A DNA stretch of 64,000 bases from Squalus acanthias. Taxonomy: Eukaryota. How positions within the stretch are numbered: the first letter of the stretch is position 1; each line of letters begins with the position of its first letter. The stretch lies in the NCBI GenBank assembly GCA_030390025.1, contig CM059425.1:162008001-162072000 (forward strand). Reading direction: 5' to 3'. The notes below the pieces were generated by a model. It searched no databases and had not been told where the DNA came from. It saw only the letters and a program-made list of their open reading frames with translations. The translations under genes were made by a program, and so were the position numbers. Shown here piece after piece: positions 38,680 to 51,149 of the stretch.

Positions 38680-40622
38680 ATGGAGAGGGTGAGAGAACGA
38701 GCTGAGCGCTTCACCAAGCGGGCCTTGGATGCTCTAGTTGGCGCGGTGGAGCGCCGAAGACCAATACTGTACCCAGAGAGTGGCAGGAGGCCTTTGCCGT
38801 GCGACTACAAAAGAGTGTGGAGGGAGGTGGCTCAGCACGTCTCCTCCAGGAACATGGTGCCCAGGACCCATGTCCAATGCCGGAAAAAGTTCAACGACCT
38901 CACTCGGGTCGTCAGGGTGAGTGGCTTTTTTGCAATACCTCTCCATCCCTCCATCTCAACCTCACTCTATGGCCAGAGGGTCTTAAAACCACAATTAACA
39001 ACACTCATCCAACACCTATGGCCCTTTCATGAAGCACACACACACATTCCATACTTTGCATACAGTAAGGGCTATTCACCTATGGGAGGCACATCAGGCA
39101 AGACCATGGCTGTATACAGTAAGGGCTATTCACCTATGGGAGGCACATCAGGCAAGACCATGGCTGTATATTTACTCAGACGCCGTCCTTTTTCTTGCAG
39201 GCCAAGCTAGCGCATAATAGGAGACAGCAGCAACGGACGGCTGGAGGGCGGCCTCAGCTGCAACCCCTCAGCGATCTTGAGGAGCGCGTCCACAGGATTG
39301 TGGCAAGCCGGGTGATCGGTCCTGTCGCCACTGGAGACGCCGACCCCGTTCTGGACAGCAATGGTAAGGTCATCACCTTTTTGTCCTCTGTCCTTCCACT
39401 TGTCCCTCACAACACCAGCCTTTGACACTTTCAATCCAACTTACTAACTCGCTGCACTTATTCCTCCCTTACTGCCACCCTGTCCTCACGCTAAAGCCAC
39501 TCTTGTACCTCCCTGCTTTCAGATGGTGATTCACCAGCTGAGGAGACGGGCCCTGAAGCTGCCAGTGGGAGTGAAGCTGCAGCCAAGGAGGAAGAGGAAG
39601 CCGGAGCATCAGTGCCACCCTCTCCCGAGGAAGCCCATGCCGACACTGGGAACACACCTTCCCTGGAGGGGAGCAGGGGGGAAGGGTCTGATGAGGGTGA
39701 AGCTCCAGGACCCAGCGGGCTGCAGCAACGCGATGGGGGTAGGGAAGCTCGGGGGCCTTCTCCCCGGAGGGAGAGTATGCCAGCGAGTCCTGCTGCACTG
39801 GACGCAGAGGAGGAGCGGCTGATCGCAGAAATGAACACCCAGGCGGTGGGCATGCACACTGAGCTCATGGCTGCAGTGGGTAGGGTGCCCGAATGCATTG
39901 AAGCACTGGCAAGGAGTGTGGAGCACTTCGCTGCAGCGCAGGCGGATGCGACACTGAAGCTCAGTGCTGCAATTCAATCTCAGACTGCTCTCATGCAGAC
40001 TCAGATTGAGGTCACGCGAGCACTGTCTGCTGCCATCCTCGCTGGTTCGTTCACATTTCCCCGGGGCTCTCACCGCGCCGCAGCAGGCCAGCAATCTGTG
40101 CTCCAGCAGATTGCTCCGGATGCTGAGGTGCTGCCCCGTGGGAGTGCCAGTGTGCCGGTCGAGCAGGGAGTTGCTGTCCTCGCTCAAGATGACAGCATTC
40201 CTGCTGCCACCACTGTCACTTCTCCATTGCAGTTGCCACCGCCTGTAGGACAGACTGCTGCCGCCCATGCAGAGTTGGTGCAGTCTGCAGCCGGGCCCTC
40301 CAGGCCCAGAACTGGTCGAAGCCGTCCCTCAAGGGCATCTGCATTGTCAGGGCCTGACAGTCAGCAGCCTTCCACCAGCCTTGCTGCAGCCACTGAGGTC
40401 CCATTGCGGAGGAGCAGTAGGGTAAGAAGGGGGGGAAGGGCGCACGGGAAGGAGTTCACCCTCGATGTAGGAGGTGTGACAAAATGCTGGTCATTTTTTT
40501 TATTAAAGGCCGAGGTTCGTGGTCAAACTTTTGTTGAGTGTTTTGCACATGATCTCCAGGTTGTGAGAACCAGTTATGGTAATGACTGTTTTTTTGTGTT
40601 TATTTGTATGAGTTTGTCATGA
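38680..40622 (+). CDS. Harbinger Myb/SANT-like protein, exons 38680-38916, 39201-39363, 39523-40622 (about 499 aa, open)
   Basis: RAERFTKRALDALV..WREVAQHVS..RTHVQCRKKFNDL | AKLAHNRRQQQRTAGG; GTGAGT/ttgcag and GTAAGG/tttcag introns keep the frame into ORF 39612-40622; predicted coiled coil and basic RRSSRVRR. Confidence 0.85.
39061..39168 (+). repeat. Perfect 54-bp tandem duplication in Myb intron 1
   Basis: TACAGTAAGGGCTATTCACCTATGGGAGGCACATCAGGCAAGACCATGGCTGTA x2. Confidence 0.95.
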
Positions 40623-40780
40623 AGAAATGACACACAGAGTTTGTAAAATAAATAAGTTTTGGTACTCAAAATATACATGTTTGGTGTTTGGAATCATTGG
40701 TGCCTTGGCCGGCTTAGGGGTTGCGTGTTGGGTTCATTCATGCTGTTCTCAATGGCAGAAGCCATTTCCACAGCAGGGGC

Positions 40781-41932
40781 CTAGAAGCGGCTTGCTATCA
40801 GCCGCTGACGGACGGCCCTTGCAGTTTCACCATTGTGGGCCGCCCTCACGCCTTGGTGCTGCTGCTGATCATCCTCCTCCTCCTCTTCCTCCTCCTCCTC
40901 TGGTGGTGCTCCAAGGCCTGGTGGCATTGGCTGGGTCCTGAGGATTGCCATGTTATGCAGCATGCAGCACACAACTACGATGTTGGAAACTCGCTCAGGC
41001 GAGTACTGCAGGGCTCCTCCAGAATGGTCGAGACAGCGGAACCGTTGCTTGAGCACGCCGATTGTGTGCTCCACGATGTTCCTGGTAGCTTGATGGCTCT
41101 CGTTGTACCGCAGCTCAGCAGGGGTGTTGGGCGTACGGAGCGTTGTCATCAGCCAGGTGCTCAGTGGATACCCCTTGTCCCCGAGAAGCCAACCAACTGG
41201 CTGATGCGGTGCCTCGAAAAGTTCTGCCACAGTAGTCTGGCGCAGGATGAAAGCATTGTGGCAGCTGCCAGGATACTGGGCATTGACAGCGAGTATCAGC
41301 TGTCTGTGGTCACAGACCAACTGAACATTCAAGGAATGGAACCCCTTTCTGTTCCAGAAATCCTCGGCATTCTCATGCGGAGCACGCAAAGCCACATGCG
41401 TGCAGTCAATGGCGCCCTGCACCATGGGGAAGCCCGCTATCCTCGCAAAGCCCAGAGCGCGTTCTTGCTGCTTGTCTGGGGTCATGGGGAAAGAGATGAA
41501 CTCTCGTCTCCTTTTAAAGAGGGCATTTGTGACCTTCCTGATGCAGCAATGCACCGCGAACTGGGAGATATTGGCGATGTCCCCAACAGCAGATTGAAAT
41601 GAGCCAGTAGCATAAAAGTTCAGAGCCACTGTGACCTTCACTGCCACCGACAGAGACGTCCTGGACCTCAGTTGAGGCTGCAGATCTGGCTGCAGCAGGT
41701 GACAGAGCTCAGTGACCACCTCCTTGCTGAAGCGCAGCCTTCGCAGACACTGCTCATCAGACATATGAATGTAGGAGAGCTGTTCACGATATACCCTGGG
41801 AGGGTAAGCTCTCCTGTACAGACGCCTGTTGGCCCTCCTCCGTCTGGCCATCATTGCCACTCTCTCTCTGCGTCTCTGTCTCCTCCGATTCAGCTGGTGC
41901 AGGACGACGTCCCCCATCAGTGCAGCCCCCAT
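40781..41932 (-). CDS. Harbinger DDE transposase (HARBI1-like, DDE_Tnp_4), 383 aa from the ATG
   Basis: [75 protein letters not shown]; uninterrupted ORF. Confidence 0.95.
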   Translation of the reverse strand: MGAALMGDVVLHQLNRRRQRRRERVAMMARRRRANRRLYRRAYPPRVYREQLSYIHMSDEQCLRRLRFSKEVVTELCHLLQPDLQPQLRSRTSLSVAVKVTVALNFYATGSFQSAVGDIANISQFAVHCCIRKVTNALFKRRREFISFPMTPDKQQERALGFARIAGFPMVQGAIDCTHVALRAPHENAEDFWNRKGFHSLNVQLVCDHRQLILAVNAQYPGSCHNAFILRQTTVAELFEAPHQPVGWLLGDKGYPLSTWLMTTLRTPNTPAELRYNESHQATRNIVEHTIGVLKQRFRCLDHSGGALQYSPERVSNIVVVCCMLHNMAILRTQPMPPGLGAPPEEEEEEEEEDDQQQHQGVRAAHNGETARAVRQRLIASRF

Positions 41933-42726
41933 ATCTCTTAGCAAGCAAAGTTATGAAGGCCAGAAACCAAAGTACCAGCGAAGTTAGGATGAGTAGCCAA
42001 AACTACCTCACACAGCGTTGACTCAATGCAGAAGTCTCTCTTTCTCGCTCTCTCTCTCTCTCTCTCAGAACGAGTGGTGCAAAAATGTCAACCACAGAGA
42101 AAGACAGGAAGAGGCCCCCTTTAAATAGCGCCCCTCCCAGTCCCACAGCGATTGTTAGCGTTCCACTCTTCCGGTCGTTGGATGCGCCAGGCGGTAAGGA
42201 TGGGGGCGCCACTGAAATTCTGCTCCGGGGCGCCACAAGGGCGTTGCACTCTCGTATGACGTCACAATCTGCGCGCGCAGGAGATCGCGGCGATAAAGTT
42301 TAGTGCCGCCGCAAAATGTCTAGTTAAGTTCGCGAGCGGCGCAAACATCGCTGCGCCCGGGCGCTAGCTGCTTTGCGCCCCATTAGCGCCCTCTTAAGGC
42401 GCTAACGGGAGGCGCAACCAACTGAATTTTTCCCCCAGTGTATATAATAGATAATGATGGGGAGTTATCATTTCATAGTGGCTTACGGACAGCCCAAAGG
42501 GCTAATTTTGGTGAGTGATAGTGATTTGGTGTGTGCCTGTTGCAACAAAATCAGAGTGCATCGTATCTTTTCATTCAACTATATTCACTGTATATCTGGG
42601 AAATAAAACATGGATAGCAACTGCAAAGTTTAAGGTACATGTTAAAATAGTAATTGAGAGCCTAGAACTCTAGATTCATAAAATCTCAGTATCCTCTCAC
42701 AAAGTATGTGGAAACTTCATATTTAC

Positions 42727-42846
42727 CTGTGTGATTCATTAGAGAAACAGGAGGGTTGAATCCAATGTAACCATTCCAGTAAGCCACTGTTCACTGGTTC
42801 CAATGGTAGTGTAGAGATATATTCACAGAAACCATTACGAAATACT
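42727..42846 (-). CDS. KIAA0825: KIAA0825-like protein, coding exon (5th in window)
   Basis: ttgtcag acceptor and GTAAAT donor, 120 nt, phase 2-2, stop-free (VFRNGFCEY..LLEWLHWIQPSCF); joins the neighbouring exons in frame; sequence similarity weaker than for the other exons. Confidence 0.72.
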
Positions 42847-42974
42847 CTGACAAATCAAAATTGAAAATTATAATTAACAGATTGGTTGGGCAAAAAACAC
42901 CAACTCCATTAATACTACTATATAAAGCCAATGAAATAAAGTAACTGGGCAGGTTAAAACAACAGAACATCAGA

Positions 42975-43945
42975 CTTGACTATAAGGGCTAAGTATAAAT
43001 CCAAGCTTCGACAGGTGGTGGGGGTGACACTGCTGGCAGTGACGGCCTCGGTGATGTGGTCCCACATCGTTCTTTCTGGAGGGCCTCCTGCGCACTGTGG
43101 GTAGAGGACCTCTCTTGCAGTCTTGACCTCCTGCACAAAGCTGGAGCGCCCCCCGCTCCACCGATGATCCTCAGGCTAGCTCCGTTCCTCTCATCCCCCC
43201 AGCAATGATCCTTAGGCCGATCCCGATGCTTCCCTCCAAACCCTGATGCTCCGGCCCCGATTTATGCTTCCCCCCCCGGCCCAATGCTCCAGCCCCCATC
43301 CATGCTTCCCTCCCCGCCCGATGCGCCGGCCCCGATGCTTCCCTCCCCCACACGCCCCCACCCGATCCTGCGGCCCAGATGTTTCCCTCCCACCTCTCCC
43401 TCAATCCTCAGGCCCCGATGCTTCCCTGCAGCCCCCCCCCCGATCCTCTCTCCCACCATCCCTCGCTCCCCCCGACCCATGCTTCCCTCCCCCCCGATGC
43501 TGTGGTCCCAATCCTCTCTTCCCCCCACCCCCACCAATGCACCGGCACCAATCCATGTTTCCCTCCCCCCTGCCCCGATACTTCGGCCTCGATCCTCTCT
43601 TCCCCCCTCCCCAATGCTCCGGCACCTGATGCTTCCCTCCTCCACCCCGATCCTCTGGCCCTGATGCTTCCCTCCCCCCATGATCCTCCTCTGGCTCCCG
43701 AGCACCCGCTGGCCCCCACCCGATCCCTCCCTCCCTCCTCTCTGCAGCCTCGTGCCGCAAGCCTACCCACCCGCAATCAGCCAGCCTCTCCATCTGGCTG
43801 GCTGCGGGTGGGAAACAGATCATTAAAATGCTAATCAAACCCTGCTGTTAAATTCAGCAGGGACTGCGGGAAACCCATTTTCCCGGGTTTCCCAACCGCT
43901 TCCTAGCCCCACTGCTCCCAACCTGCCTCCCGATTAAAATTCCAG
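42975..43945 (-). mobile_element. Inverted copy of the minisatellite-bearing Harbinger MITE family, plus a Myb fragment
   Basis: 43770-43945 is the reverse complement of about 17005-17190; C-rich repeats at 43190-43740; 42990-43150 matches the Myb remnant at 5220-5345. Confidence 0.7.
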
Positions 43946-44697
43946 TTTGTATGTTAGAAATAGCTTCAATAAGTTTCCTCTGCATAGGTTTTCTCTTCCC
44001 TATGAAATGTAGGGCTTCAGTTCTGCTGCATTCTGTAGTTTCCATTGTTTATCTGAGCTTTCCCTGAATGAAAAGGCTCAACCAAGAATTTACAAACATC
44101 CCTCTGCGCATGCTACACTGGTAAACTACATCTCCCAAAATGCATACGTCACTAATGTGTGGTTGACAAAACCTCCATTAACAGCCATTTTCTCCTCAGT
44201 CTAATGTAGTACTAGACAACATAGAATAGGGCTAACAAACTGGTACAATCTGTGAGTGGCTAGTTTTTCTCAATCATAAAAAGTTCTGGGCTTCAACAAA
44301 CAATCCAATTCTGTTTAGACAAACATTATTTTCCTTCCACACACAAGATTCTAATTGGAAATCAGATCCAAGGGGAAAAAATTCTCTCAGTACAACCGCC
44401 GTCACAGCATCACAGGTTGTTGCACCCTTGGTGATACTAAACAGGGTAACCCCTAATTTTCTTCAAATCCATTGATTCAAATTGTAAAATTCTGAGTTAC
44501 ACTCCAAGCTATGCTCTGCTCTCCAGCTCAGAATATGACCATACTGAACATCACAATCGCACTCCCGAACTCTGAATACCCATGAGAAATTCCACAGGTC
44601 ACCTAGTTAATCATAACTTATTTTATATGGAATTGTCAGTTTTGCAATTAACCAACAATTTTTGCAATTACTAATAAATGTATTTTAATTCACTTAC

Positions 44698-44880
44698 TCA
44701 TATAGTTTGTCTAGCGGTGATGTTAAAACAGCAAGAGCAGCAAGAAGTGCATTGCAATGGTTATGAATGGTAAAGATCCATCGCGACATATCCTCCGAAG
44801 GCTGAAGCAATTCTTGAGTTGAACGGCAAACTGACCATAAAAGATTTTCAGTGCATAGAAGTATGGTGGTAATGTCAATT
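44698..44880 (-). CDS. KIAA0825: KIAA0825-like protein, coding exon (4th in window)
   Basis: AG/GTAAGT, 183 nt, phase 2-2; IDITTILLCTENLLWSVC..IHNHCNALL..LTSPLDKLY resembles recalled LDVTTILICTENMLWSVC..IHTHCNNLF..LTSPLTELY. Confidence 0.92.
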
Positions 44881-45989
44881 CTGTTGATGAATGTACACAT
44901 GTTACATTGATAGTATGTTAAAACACTTCAACATCTACTTAAAACATTATCACATCCAGAGGATACTACCTTCCAAAGAACCCGTTAAAATATTGTTTTG
45001 TTATAAAAAAATCATCGAATTAGCATTGGATGCACCCACTTATACATCAATTATTTTACAGATGTAGTCAAAAAGGAACAATTGTTTCAGCTACAATTCA
45101 GTGTTTCAACCCTTGGTAACACCAAATAAAAAAAGTGTAGAAATGTTAATTTTTTCCCCTTCTGTATTCTTTTTCCCAATATGTACCACTTCACATTTAC
45201 ATACAATGAAGTGCATTGGCACATATCGTTCACTTCCCAAGCCTGCTTATCTCTCCTGCATTCTTCCTTACAGTTTGCCATGTCCTCTAATTTGGTATAG
45301 TCAACAAACTTTAATATTATTTAATATTATGTTTAAATCATATAGGGAAGTCCCAAAACTGATCCCTGGTGCAAGCCAGTTGCTACATCTTGTCAGTCTA
45401 AAAAAACGAAGAGAAACAGATTAGATATGTCATGGTAATGTAGAAAGGAAGCTTTCAGATTCTTGGGGCATTGGGAGAAATTCTGAAACAAGGATAAGCT
45501 ATTTAGAAGAGAGGAACCGAACACTGCTTCCACTGAAACAGACTGCGCAATGTCCTTACAGAAAATGCAATCATGGCAGTTGGAGAAGGTTTAGAATAGT
45601 AAAATGAGAGGCAAACAGAGCAGACCAAAACTAAAAAATGAAAATTGAACTAGAAAGGATACAGAGGCAGATGTTATAGGACAGACGAGGGATGATAGCT
45701 AACAGGTAGAGTACAGACAGTGATACACGAAAGAATTATTAATTAAGGACACAATTTCAACCAAGGAAAGACAAGTTTTTATTGATGGCAGTGCTCAGAT
45801 AGAGTCTGAGTTAATAAATAATAAAAGATCTGTTAGCATAATGGAAGTACATGATAATCCACCAATGTTATCTATGAGCTATCCACCAGTACTCCTTGAT
45901 TCCTCTCCTCTATTGTATCCTGTAGTCTACGACAATTCATCTCCCATTTTTTATCCCACTTTCTCAGCTCACCACCAAATTAAACACTA

Positions 45990-46277
45990 CTTAGGCCACA
46001 GCTAGAGTACTGCGTACAGTTCTGATCATCACATTACAGGAAAGATGTGATTGCACTAGAGAGGGTACAGAGGAGATTTACGAGGGTGTTGCCAGGATTG
46101 GAGAAATTTAGCTATCAGGAAAGATTGGATAGGCTGGGGTTGTTTTCTTTGGAACAGAGAAGGCTGAGGGGAGATTTAATTGAGGTGTATAAAATTATGA
46201 GGGGCCTAGATAGAGTGGATAGGAAGGACCTAATTCCCTTAGCAGCGAGGTCAATAACCAGGGGGCATAGATTTAGG
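45990..46277 (+). mobile_element. CR1 LINE fragment
   Basis: ALERVQRRFTRVLPGL..RRLRGDLIEVYKIMRGLDRV. Confidence 0.88.
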
Positions 46278-49200
46278 TGACCCCCCAGAATGTTGATGTT
46301 GGGGGATTCGGCGATGGTAATGCTGTTGAATGTCAAGGGGAGGTGATTAGATACTCTCTTGTTGCAGATAGTCATTGCCTGGCACTTATGTGGCGCCAAT
46401 GTTACTTGTCGCTTATCAGCTCAAGCCTGAATGTCGTCCAGGTCTTGCTGCATGCGGACATAGACTGCTTCATTATCTGAGGAGTTGTGAATGGAGCTGA
46501 ACACTGTGCAATCATCAGCGAACATTCCCATTTCTGACCTTATGATTGGGAGAAGGTCATTGCTGAAGCAGCTGAAGGTGGTTGGGCCTAGGACATTGCC
46601 CTGAGGAACTCCTGCAGCGATGTCCTGGGGCTGAGATGATTGACCTCCAACAACCACAACCATCTTCCTTTGTGCTCGGTATGCCTCCAGCCAGTTTTTC
46701 CCCTGATTCCCACGGACTTCAATTTTACTAGGACTTCTTGATGCCACACTCGGTCAAATGCTGCCTTGATGTCAAGGGCAGTCACTCTCACCTCACCTCT
46801 GGACCAAGGCTGTAATGAGGTCTGGAGCCAAGTGGTCCTGGCGGAACCCAAACTGAGTATGAGTGAGCAGCTTATTGGTGAGTAAGTGTCACCTGATAGC
46901 ACTGTCGACAACACCTTCCATCACTTTGCTGATGATTTAGAGAAGACTGATGGGGCGGTAATTGGCCTGCTTGGATTTGTCCTGCTTTTTGTGGAGAGGA
47001 CATACCTGGGCAGCTTTCCACATTGTCGGATAGATGCCAGTGTTGTAGCTATACTGGAACAGCTTGGCTTGAGGCGTGGCTAGTTCTGGAGCACAAGTCT
47101 TCAGCACGACAGCCGGGATATTGTCAGGGCCCATAGCCTTTGCTGTATCGAGTGCGCTCAGCCGTTTCTTGATATCATGTGTGAATTGAATTGGCTGAAG
47201 ACTGGCTTCTGTGATGGTGGGGACCTCAGGAGGAGGCCGAGATGGATCATCCACTCGGCACTTCTGGCTGAAGATGGTTGCAAATGGATTGGCATGATAA
47301 AGATGGGCCGAATGGCCTCCTTCTGTGCTGTAGATTTCTATGATTCAAACGCTTCAGCCTTGTGTTTTGCACTCGCGTGCTGGGCTCCACCATCATTGAG
47401 GATGGGGATGTTCATGGAGCCTCCTCCTCCCGTCAGTTGTTTAATTATCCACCACCATTCACGACTGGATGTGGCAGGACTGCAGAGATTTGATCCGATC
47501 TGTTGGTTGTAGGATTGCTTAGCTCAGTCTATAGCATGCTGCTTCCGCTTTTTAGCATGCATGTGGTCCTGTGTTGTAGCTTCCCCAGGTTGGCACCTCA
47601 TTTTTAGGTAAGCCTGGTGCTGCTCCTGGCATGCTCTTCTACACTCCTCTTTGAACCAGGGTTGGTCCCCTGGCTTGATATTAATGGTAGAGTGAGGGAT
47701 ATGCCGGGCCATGAAGTTACAGATTGTGGTGGAATACAATTCTGCTGCTGCTAAGAGCCCACAGCGCCTCATGGATGCCCAGTTTTGAGCTGCTCTGTTC
47801 TGAATCTATCCCATTTAGCACGGTGGTAGTGCCACACAACACGATGGAGGGTGTCCTCAGTGTGAAGATGAGACTTGTCTCCACAAGGACTGTGCGGTGG
47901 TCACTGCTACCAATACTGTCATGGACAGATGCATCTGCGACAGGTAGATTGGTGAGGATGAGGTCAAATAGGATTTTCCCTCGTGTTGGTTCTCTCACCA
48001 CCTGCTGCAGGCCCAGTCTGGCAGCTATGTCCTTCAGGACTCGGCCAGCTAGGTCAGTAGTGGTGCTACCGAGCCATTCTTGGTAATAGACATTGAAGTC
48101 CCCCACCCACAGTACATTCTGTGCCCTTGATACCCTCAGTGCTTCTTCCAAGTGGTGTTCAACATGGAGGAGTACATCGACTGAGGGAGGACAGTAGAAG
48201 GTAATCAGCAGGCGGTTTCCTTGCCCACGTTTGACCTGATGCCATGAGATTTCATGAGGTCTGGAGTCAATGGTCGGAATTTTGCCGGCGCTCAGGGGGC
48301 GGGTTTGGAGGCGGGACATCCGGCAAAATGGCAAAGATTGACAGCGGGCAGGAAACCCGCTGTCAGCCCACCTCCAATCAATCTTCCCAAGTGCCGGGTC
48401 CCCGATTTGCACATGGACCCAACACCTCGCGGCGGGAAGAGGATTATAGACACTTAACTGCCTGTTAAAGGTTGCTAATAGGCAATTAACAGGCTCTTTT
48501 GCAATTTTGACACTTCTACTTCGGGCTTCCTGATGTCTGGACACCACGCCAGGTAAGTGTGGCGTGTTATGAGTCTGCTGTAATGTTTCTGCATTGATGA
48601 CAGCTGCAGAACTGGTGTGAAGGATCCAATGGTGCACTGGTGAGTTTCAGAGGTAAGAAAATGTTGGGAAATTCATTTTTAATGTATTTACTCTTTTCTA
48701 TAGGTAACACGTTTTGAATTGTATGTCTAGTCCCACCTCATTGGGAGAACCTCTCTCACCAGTGACAGATCGCTTCTGTAACCTCACCTGCAGCTGCCAT
48801 CTGTTATAGCTGAAGGAGGGAGTCACTGGAGAGCAAGAACTCACCTGTGAACAGTCATTGTCAGTGTTTGCAGCACCTCAATGCTGTCAAACACTGAGAA
48901 ATGAGCTGTCACAGAAAAATTGTGCGTGGACCCTTTAAGAAAACTGGCAGATGACACGTCATCAAATGACGTCATCTGACCAGCTTCTTCTTAATTGGCT
49001 GGCAAGCCCGCAGGGCGGGCTTAACAAGGCCAATCGACATAAAATCACGTCCGTGGGCCGGACTGGAACCCGGAAGCCAGCTGACCTGGAACCCAGCTGA
49101 CCCGCCCCCAAGCCGCATTGATCGATAAAATTGCGGCCAATGTTTTGGACTCCCAGGGCCACTCCCTCCCAACTGTATACCACTCTGCCGCCACCTCTGG

Positions 49201-49778
49201 TGGGTCTGTCCTACTGGTGGGATAGGACATACCCAGGGATAGTGATGGAGGAGTCTGGGATATTGACTGAAAGGTATGATGCTGTGAGTATGACTATGTC
49301 AGGCTGTTGCTTTACAAGTCTGTGGGACAGCTCTCCCAATTTTGGCACAAGTCCCCAGATGTTAGTGAGGAGGACTTTGCAGGGTCGACTGGGCTTGGTC
49401 TGCCTTTGTCGTGTCTGAAGCTGGTGTCGAGGTCGATGCTGGGTGGTCTGTCCAGTTTTATTCTTATTATCGTTTCTTGTAGTGGTTTGTAACAACTGAA
49501 TGGCTTGCTATGCCATTTCAGAGGACAGTTAAGAGTCAACCACGTTGCTGTGAGTCTGGAGTCATGTATAGGCCAGACCAGGTAAGGACGGCAGATTTCT
49601 TTCCAGATGGGTTTTTACGACAATCATGGTCACCATTACTGATACTAGCTTTTTATTCCAGATTTATTTAATTAACTGAATTTAAATTCCACAGCTGCCA
49701 TGGTGGGACTTGTATCTCCGGATTATTAGTCCAGGCCTCTGGATTACTAGTCCAGTAACATAACCACTATGGTACCGT
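46277..49778 (-). mobile_element. CR1/L2-group LINE, 5'-complete (tRNA-like head, EN plus RT), 3'-truncated, with nested insertions
   Basis: EN start KVLLTNIWGLVPK..PDIVILTASYL, VGDFN, SDHRTV; RT NYRPISLL, GVPQGNVLGP, FADDCT; MITE at 48272-49138; CR1 tail at 47285-47345 with CAAA TSD. Confidence 0.9.
48272..49138. mobile_element. Non-autonomous Harbinger element inserted in the LINE endonuclease region
   Basis: Ends GGTCGGAATTTT / AAAATTGCGGCC, AAT TSD. Confidence 0.88.
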
Positions 49779-51149
49779 TCTCTGCTATCTGAAAGTTGAC
49801 TCGGATAAGACAAATGTCTGTGGTCAAAAAGAGAGCGGTTTCTAGAATGCCTGCAGGACTGCTTCATTAATCAGAAAATTGCATCTCCAACAAGGAAAGA
49901 TGGGGTGTTAGATCTGATTCTTGGTGTCAAGTACGTGACCTGAAGATAGGAGAGGACTTGGGAAATAATGATCATAACCTAATTACGTTCACAATGAAAA
50001 CAGGTAAAGTCAAAGATAAAGATAAAGACAATTAGCTAATTTCAGTGGGATGAAAGGGGACACAGCCCAGATTAATTGGTTTATAAAATCAGTCTCATTT
50101 GGACAGCGAACGACATCCGTCTGCTCGAACTTGGACGTCCTCTGCTGCACCTGCACAGTATTACTGCTGATTCTCCATGCATGTAATCCTATTTCCCTAT
50201 TCCAGCAACAGACCAAAAGATGATCGAAGTGGTGGGTTCTGAGGAGTTTCTTAAAGATGAGGGGAGTGGAACAGAGGAGTTATGGGATGGAATTCCAGAG
50301 TGTGGGGAGCTAGGTAGCTGAAAGTACGGCTGCCAAGCGTGGGGTGAAACGGAGGAAGCACAACATGCCAGAGTCAGAGGAATGGAGGTTTAAGTGGGTG
50401 TGGGGTGGGGGGGTGGTTGGATTGCTGGAGGAAGCGATAGGGAGGGGCAAGACTATGGAGGGATTTAAACACAGGGCTGAGAATTTTAAGTTTGAGGCCT
50501 CTTGAATTATTGCCCACGAACAACCGCCCTTCCGCTCCAAGGTGTCCTCAAACAAATCACTGCCACCCAATTCCTCGTCCATCTCTCCCTGTTCGAGTGT
50601 CCCAGTCTGGTTTCCATCTGTCTCATAGCACCAACACTGTCCTGGTCAAAAATCCTCAGGGACATGATCTTGGCAATTACGTCGGGATCATGCCTGCTGG
50701 TGACTGCCGCCACTGGATTATGGTAGATCAGTGGAAAATCAACCAATCTGCATACTCTCACAAGGACCTAAGCCATAAGGGCACATCTCGAGTACCTACC
50801 ACAGACCCGAAAGTCTGATGCAGTCTTGCATTTCCAGGGTGGGGTTGGATTAGGACCCCCCCCCCCACCCCCACCAGAAAGGTGCCTGCATTCGCCCCAT
50901 CGGCTCCCTTTATAATCCCAGGAACTACAAGCTAGTGGACCTGAGATTTGTAGTTGGTAAAACATTCGAGGACATTCTGAAAGAGGAAGTAATGAAAGAA
51001 AAAAAGCTAAGCTTGTTGATAATATGAAACGGGGGAGTGGGCTGAGGCTGGAAATAGCAGGAACAAGCAGATCAAATGTATGGTGGCTGGATAAAATGGG
51101 GGATGGGCAGTTATTGTTTAATTTGGTAATGAGACTGAGGAAGTAGGAT

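Larger units (their letters stand above)
38318..42436. mobile_element. Full-length PIF/Harbinger DNA transposon (4119 bp)
   Basis: Perfect 16-bp TIR GGGGGAAAAATTCAGT / ACTGAATTTTTCCCCC; AGT TSD (38315-38317, 42437-42439); convergent Myb and transposase genes. Confidence 0.96.

Noticed and set aside
40721..41602. 293-aa plus-strand ORF
   Set aside because: Antisense shadow of the transposase; no recognisable motifs
40781..41932. Domesticated HARBI1 host gene
   Set aside because: It lies within intact TIRs and TSD, has a Myb partner, and has a paralogous decayed copy nearby, so it is a transposon gene
43246..43838. Cluster of Pro-rich and Gly-rich ORFs
   Set aside because: Same cause: C-rich tandem repeat
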